Shown here: positions 23,025 to 29,882 of the stretch, one piece after another
How positions within the stretch are numbered: the first letter of the stretch is position 1
How the letters are laid out: each line of letters begins with the position of its first letter
Assembly: GCA_002269645.1 (NCBI GenBank)
Contig: NIVC01000676.1
Location: 1 to 29,882, forward strand
DNA from: Macrostomum lignano
Taxonomy: Eukaryota
Direction of reading: 5' to 3'
DNA length: 29,882 bases
Made by a program: the position numbers and the translations under genes
The notes under the pieces: generated by a model
Databases searched by the model: none
The model's input: only the letters and a program-made list of their open reading frames with translations
What the model was told of the DNA's origin: nothing

Positions 23025-24421
23025 CTAAAGACAATGTCTTTTTTATTTCTTTCTATTTCTAGTTTATATGTTTGCTTAGTTCTTTATATAATTACACTGC
23101 AACATTATTCATTTGCAAAGAATCTACTTTATACTAAAACTTGCCTACGCCCTTCTCTGTATGTAGGCCTATTGGCAAGACATAAGATCCTAACTAAAGT
23201 CTAACAATAATACAAAAACCACAATTAGCATAGAAAGAGAAATAGCAAGCAGAAAAAACAGTAAACAAATAATGCTCACTCGCTGATCCAGATTTGTCAA
23301 GTGATATGGATTCAGGTTATTGTATGACATAGCAAGTACTATTGACTAAAGACTCTTAAAAACAAAAAAATAAATTTACTGGCTCTGGCTTTTAAACTTT
23401 CTTTTATATTGGTGTGTTTAGGATATAATTACGACTTATTGTAACAAACAACAGCGCCAATCGCTAGAAAACATTAAAACTTCTTAAAATAGTAGCAAAT
23501 AACTAACGCAATTATTAAATAGTAATGGGATGCCGCGGTCACAGTTACCGTGCAAGTGAGGCTTACCCAAAGCCTTAAATTCGGAATACAACAACGAATA
23601 GAAATTAAATGCTTAGGTTTCTTTACCTAATTAAACAAATCCTAAAGCAAGAAAATGCTACCGTACTAAATTTTTTGTAAAAAATATACTTTAAACTGAA
23701 AAAATTATTAAAAAAGTAGAACTCATAAAATTTGACTTGACTTTTCAAAACGCCGGTATTAACCGGATTTTTCTGATTAAACTTTGCATGTCGTCATGCC
23801 GGTCTACAATATTGCATAAATTTTTTGCATGCAAGCAAGGGAAGAAAATTTCCATCCTATACTCACTCCTAAGTTCCAATCTTCTCTTTAATTGTTGTTG
23901 CCTGGCAGGGGCGGATACCAGCAGAGGGGATCGCCTCCCCCCGAAGTTGACCTCAGCCAGGCGCCCATTGTGAGACACGCTAGACGCCCACTTAGCCAGA
24001 GTGATGGACAATGCCTACAACCAACTGGCGCGTCTGGCTGTTAGCAAAGCTGTTTGGGAGGCGCGAGTTACATGTAGGCCTGTGCTGCAACAGATAGGCG
24101 CAATGAATTAGTTCAGCGGAAGTGGGCCCGCGCCGGCCCAAACGAGTGTTATTTACAAGACATTAAATCAGAGGGGTTGAGGCAGATTAAGAAAATGAGA
24201 GGTAAATTAAGCGACTGAGGACAGAGGCAAGTTTGAAGGGCCAATCAGAAGGCAGCGAGGGAGAAAGATAAGAAAACAATTAAGAGTCAAGACAAAGATT
24301 ATTAGTACTTCCTAGTGGTCCTTGAGTCAAGACTGAACAGAGGGAGAAAATAGCTGAGTAAAACAGACACGAAGGGCAAATGAACAAAAAAAATTGCAGC
24401 TGCGACACATGTACATTTGAA

Positions 24422-24441
24422 GGGTGGGCGGGTGGGCGGGG
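24422..24441 (+). promoter_or_regulatory. G-quadruplex-forming / tandem GC-box motif
   Basis: GGGTGGGCGGGTGGGCGGGG has five G-runs with 1-nt loops and two GGGCGG boxes. CCAATCA lies at 24241. Confidence 0.55.
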
Positions 24442-24510
24442 TGGCCTCACTTCGCGGTTTAATTAGTGAGTGGCGACTTCGGCGCCCAGCCTGCAGGGAA
24501 CACCCAAGCT

Positions 24511-27500
24511 TAACTACACCAAGCAGTCTCGCGCATGCACAGGCGTTCGAAAATACGCTCACGGCGTGTTATTCTGCTTCCGTGCACTTGTATTTTGCAC
24601 GCAGTCAGTTTCTTTAGACAAATAGACACGGTTTAAGCTAGAGGCGCAGTTGCCTTCTAATAACTACACCAAGCAGTCTCGCGCATGCACAGGCGTTCGA
24701 AAATACGCTCACAGCGTGTTATTCTGCTTCCGTGCACTTGTATTTTGCACGCAGTCAGTTTCTTTCGACAAATAGACACGGTTTAAGCTAGAGGCGCAGT
24801 TGCCTTCTAATAACTACACCAAGCAGTCTCGCGCATGCACAGGCGTTCGAAAATACGCTCACGGCGTGTTATTCTTCTTCCGTGCACTTGTATTTTGCAC
24901 GCAGTCAGTTTCTTTCGACAAATAGACACGGTTTAAGCTAGAGGCGCAGTTGCCTTCTAATAACTACACCAAGCAGTCTCGCGCATGCACAGGCGTTCGA
25001 AAATACGCTCACGGCGTGTTATTCTGCTTCCGTGCACTTGTATTTTGCACGCAGTCAGTTTCTTTAGACAAATAGACACGGTTTAAGCTAGAGGCGCAGT
25101 TGCCTTCTAATAACTACACCAAGCAGTCTCGCGCATGCACAGGCGTTCGAAAATACGCTCACGGCGTGTTATTCTGCTTCCGTGCACTTGTATTTTGCAC
25201 GCAGTCAGTTTCTTTCGACAAATAGACACGGTTTAAGCTAGAGGCGCAGTTACCTTCTAATAACTACACCAAGCAGTCTCGCGCATGCACAGGCGTTCGA
25301 AAATACGCTCACGGCGTGTTATTCTGCTTCCGTGCACTTGTATTTTGCACGCAGTCAGTTTCTTTCGACAAATAGACACGGTTTAAGCTAGAGGCGCAGT
25401 TACCTTCTAATAACTACACCAAGCAGTCTCGCGCATGCACAGGCGTTCGAAAATACGCTCACGGCGTGTTATTCTGCTTCCGTGCACTTGTATTTTGCAC
25501 GCAGTCAGTTTCTTTAGACAAATAGACACGGTTTAAGCTAGAGGCGCAGTTGCCTTCTAATAACTACACCAAGCAGTCTCGCGCATGCACAGGCGTTCGA
25601 AAATACGCTCACGGCGTGTTATTCTGCTTCCGTGCACTTGTATTTTGCACGCAGTCAGTTTCTTTAGACAAATAGACACGGTTTAAGCTAGAGGTGCAGT
25701 TGCCTTCTAATAACTACACTAAGCAGTCTCGCGCATGCACAGGCGTTCGAAAATACGCTCACGGCGGGTTATTCTGCTTCCGTGCACTTGTATTTTGCAC
25801 GCAGTCAGTTTCTCCAGACAAATAGACATGGTTTAAGCTAGAGGCGCAGTTGCCTTCTAATAACTACACCAAGCAGTCTCGCGCATGCACAGGCGTTCGA
25901 AAATACGCTCACGGCGTGTTATTCTGCTTCCGTGCACTTGTATTTTGCACGCAGTCAGTTTCTTTAGACAAATAGACACGGTTTAAGCTAGAGGCGCAGT
26001 TGCCTTCTAATAACTACACCAAGCAGTCTCGCGCATGCACAGGCGTTCGAAAATACGCTCACAGCGTGTTATTCTGCTTCCGTGCACTTGTATTTTGCAC
26101 GCAGTCAGTTTCTTTCGACAAATAGACACGGTTTAAGCTAGAGGCGCAGTTGCCTTCTAATAACTACACCAAGCAGTCTCGCGCATGCACAGGCGTTCGA
26201 AAATACGCTCACGGCGTGTTATTCTTCTTCCGTGCACTTGTATTTTGCACGCAGTCAGTTTCTTTAGACAAATAGACACGGTTTAAGCTAGAGGCGCAGT
26301 TGCCTTCTAATAACTACACCAAGCAGTCTCGCGCATGCACAGGCGTTCGAAAATACGCTCACGGCGTGTTATTCTGCTTCCGTGCACTTGTATTTTGCAC
26401 GCAGTCAGTTTCTTTAGACAAATAGACACGGTTTAAGCTAGAGGCGCAGTTGCCTTCTAATAACTACACCAAGCAGTCTCGCGCATGCACAGGCGTTCGA
26501 AAATACGCTCACGGCGTGTTATTCTGCTTCCGTGCACTTGTATTTTGCACGCAGTCAGTTTCTTTAGACAAATAGACACGGTTTAAGCTAGAGGCGCAGT
26601 TGCCTTCTAATAACTACACCAAGCAGTCTCGCGCATGCACAGGCGTTCGAAAATACGCTCACGGCGTGTTATTCTGCTTCCGTGCACTTGTATTTTGCAC
26701 GCAGTCAGTTTCTTTCGACAAATAGACACGGTTTAAGCTAGAGGCGCAGTTGCCTTCTAATAACTACACCAAGCAGTCTCGCGCATGCACAGGCGTTCGA
26801 AAATACGCTCACAGCGTGTTATTCTGCTTCCGTGCACTTGTATTTTGCACGCAGTCAGTTTCTTTCGACAAATAGACACGGTTTAAGCTAGAGGCGCAGT
26901 TGCCTTCTAATAACTACACCAAGCAGTCTCGCGCATGCACAGGCGTTCGAAAATACGCTCACGGCGTGTTATTCTGCTTCCGTGCACTTGTATTTTGCAC
27001 GCAGTCAGTTTCTTTAGACAAATAGACACGGTTTAAGCTAGAGGCGCAGTTGCCTTCTAATAACTACACCAAGCAGTCTCGCGCATGCACAGGCGTTCGA
27101 AAATACGCTCACGGCGTGTTATTCTGCTTCCGTGCACTTGTATTTTGCACGCAGTCAGTTTCTTTAGACAAATAGACACGGTTTAAGCTAGAGGCGCAGT
27201 TGCCTTCTAATAACTACACCAAGCAGTCTCGCGCATGCACAGGCGTTCGAAAATACGCTCACGGCGTGTTATTCTGCTTCCGTGCACTTGTATTTTGCAC
27301 GCAGTCAGTTTCTTTCGACAAATAGACACGGTTTAAGCTAGAGGCGCAGTTACCTTCTAATAACTACACCAAGCAGTCTCGCGCATGCACAGGCGTTCGA
27401 AAATACGCTCACGGCGTGTTATTCTGCTTCCGTGCACTTGTATTTTGCACGCAGTCAGTTTCTTTAGACAAATAGACACGGTTTAAGCTAGAGGCGCAGT

Positions 27501-29882
27501 TGCCTTCTAATAACTACACCAAGCAGTCTCGCGCATGCACAGGCGTTCGAAAATACGCTCACGGCGTGTTATTCTGCTTCCGTGCACTTGTATTTTGCAC
27601 GCAGTCAGTTTCTTTAGACAAATAGACACGGTTTAAGCTAGAGGCGCAGTTGCCTTCTAATAACTACACCAAGCAGTCTCGCGCATGCACAGGCGTTCGA
27701 AAATACGCTCACGGCGTGTTATTCTGCTTCCGTGCACTTGTATTTTGCACGCAGTCAGTTTCTTTCGACAAATAGACACGGTTTAAGCTAGAGGCGCAGT
27801 TGCCTTCTAATAACTACACCAAGCAGTCTCGCGCATGCACAGGCGTTCGAAAATACGCTCACGGCGTGTTATTCTGCTTCCGTGCACTTGTATTTTGCAC
27901 GCAGTCAGTTTCTTTAGACAAATAGACACGGTTTAAGCTAGAGGCGCAGTTGCCTTCTAATAACTACACCAAGCAGTCTCGCGCATGCACAGGCGTTCGA
28001 AAATACGCTCACGGCGTGTTATTCTGCTTCCGTGCACTTGTATTTTGCACGCAGTCAGTTTCTTTAGACAAATAGACACGGTTTAAGCTAGAGGGCAGTT
28101 GCCTTCTAATAACTACACCAAGCAGTCTCGCGCATGCACAGGCGTTCGAAAATACGCTCACGGCGGTTATTCTGCTTCCGTGCACTTGTATTTTGCACGC
28201 AGTCAGTTTCTTTAGACAAATAGACACGGTTTAAGCTAGAGGCGCAGTTGCCTTCTAATAACTACACCAAGCAGTCTCGCGCATGCACAGGCGTTCGAAA
28301 ATACGCTCACGGCGTGTTATTCTGCTTCCGTGCACTTGTATTTTGCACGCAGTCAGTTTCTTTCGACAAATAGACACGGTTTAAGCTAGAGGCGCAGTTG
28401 CCTTCTAATAACTACACCAAGCAGTCTCGCGCATGCACAGGCGTTCGAAAATACGCTCACGCGTGTTATTCTGCTTCCGTGCACTTGTATTTTGCACGCA
28501 GTCAGTTTCTTTCGACAAATAGACACGGTTTAAGCTAGAGGCGCAGTTGCCTTCTAATAACTACACCAAGCAGTCTCGCGCATGCACAGGCGTTCGAAAA
28601 TACGCTCACGGCGTGTTATTCTGCTTCCGTGCGCTTGTATTTTGCACGCAGTCAGTTTCTTTAGACAAATAGACACGGTTTAAGCTAGAGGCGCAGTTAC
28701 CTTCTAATAACTACACCAAGCAGTCTCGCGCATGCACAGGCGTTCGAAAATACGCTCACGGCGTGTTATTCTGCTTCCGTGCACTTGTATTTTGCACGCA
28801 GTCAGTTTCTTTAGACAAATAGACACGGTTTAAGCTAGAGGCGCAGTTGCCTTCTAATAACTACACCAAGCAGTCTCGCGCATGCACAGGCGTTCGAAAA
28901 TACGCTCACGGCGTGTTATTCTGCTTCCGTGCACTTGTATTTTGCACGCAGTCAGTTTCTTTCGACAAATAGACACGGTTTAAGCTAGAGGCGCAGTTAC
29001 CTTCTAATAACTACACCAAGCAGTCTCGCGCATGCACAGGCGTTCGAAAATACGCTCACGGCGTGTTATTCTGCTTCCGTGCACTTGTATTTTGCACGCA
29101 GTCAGTTTCTTTAGACAAATAGACACGGTTTAAGCTAGAGGCGCAGTTGCCTTCTAATAACTACACCAAGCAGTCTCGCGCATGCACAGGCGTTCGAAAA
29201 TACGCTCACGGCGTGTTATTCTGCTTCCGTGCACTTGTATTTTGCACGCAGTCAGTTTCTTTAGACAAATAGACACGGTTTAAGCTAGAGGCGCAGTTGC
29301 CTTCTAATAACTACACTAAGCAGTCTCGCGCATGCACAGGCGTTCGAAAATACGCTCACGGCGGTTATTCTGCTTCCGTGCACTTGTATTTTGCACGCAG
29401 TCAGTTTCTTTCTCAGACAAATAGACATTTTAAGCTAGAGGCGCAGTTGCCTTCTAATAACTACACCAAGCAGTCTCGCGCATGCACAGGCGTTCGAAAA
29501 TACGCTCACGGCGTGTTATTCTGCTTCCGTGCACTTGTATTTTGCACGCAGTCAGTTTCTTTCGACAAATAGACACGGTTTAAGCTAGAGGCGCAGTTGC
29601 CTTCTAATAACTACACCAAGCAGTCTCGCGCATGCACAGGCGTTCGAAAATACGCTCACGGCGTGTTATTCTGCTTCCGTGCACTTGTATTTTGCACGCA
29701 GTCAGTTTCTTTCGACAAATAGACACGGTTTAAGCTAGAGGCGCAGTTGCCTTCTAATAACTACACCAAGCTCTCGCGCATGCACAGGCGTTCGAAAATA
29801 CGCTCACGGCGTGTTATTCTGCTTCCGTGCACTTGTATTTTGCACGCAGTCAGTTTCTTTTCGACAAATAGACACGGTTTAA
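24511..29882. repeat. 150-bp tandem satellite, ~36 near-identical copies, truncated by the window end
   Basis: The monomer is taactacaccaagcagtctcgcgcatgcacaggcgttcgaaaatacgctcacggcgtgttattctgcttccgtgcacttgtattttgcacgcagtcagtttcttt[a/c]gacaaatagacacggtttaagctagaggcgcagttgccttctaa. The period is exactly 150 from 24511 to ~28090, then single-base indels appear. There are no variable spacers, so this is not CRISPR. Confidence 0.99.

Noticed and set aside
22681-23034. 117-aa minus-strand ORF in the MITE
   Set aside because: It starts outside the TIR, is AT-biased, and has no transposase motifs.
24511-29882. Satellite as a coding repeat (150 nt = 50 codons), CRISPR, 5S, snRNA or SL-RNA array
   Set aside because: All six frames contain at least one stop per monomer, and the listed ORFs arise from indels. 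There are no unique spacers and no recognisable 5S, snRNA or leader/Sm-site structure.

Overview
Eukaryotic (animal) genomic window: AT-rich intergenic DNA with GC-rich exons and no prokaryotic features. The gene style and the 150-bp satellite resemble the flatworm Macrostomum lignano; this is inference, not verified. The left third holds two minus-strand RNA-binding protein genes in tandem. One is an intronless SmB/B' (SNRPB-like) gene whose Pro/Gly tail is broken by four apparent single-base deletions. The other is an intact six-exon DDX3/PL10/Belle-type DEAD-box helicase of about 817-821 aa with prion-like P/Q/H/M-rich tails. About 150 bp upstream of the inferred DDX3 ATG sits a 2.87-kb non-autonomous hAT-like element (8-bp TSD TACATAGA). 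It contains a ~490-bp internal inverted repeat, a nested MITE whose empty site is preserved in the other arm, and a decayed exon-like fragment. The middle is a mosaic of TE relics: a TTAA-flanked MITE, two tRNA-derived heads, minisatellites, a TTAGGG tract inside ~465-bp units with Helitron-like ends, an interleaved palindrome array, and another MITE with an 8-bp TSD. The last 5.4 kb is a very homogeneous 150-bp satellite (~36 copies) running off the window end, preceded by a G4/GC-box motif.
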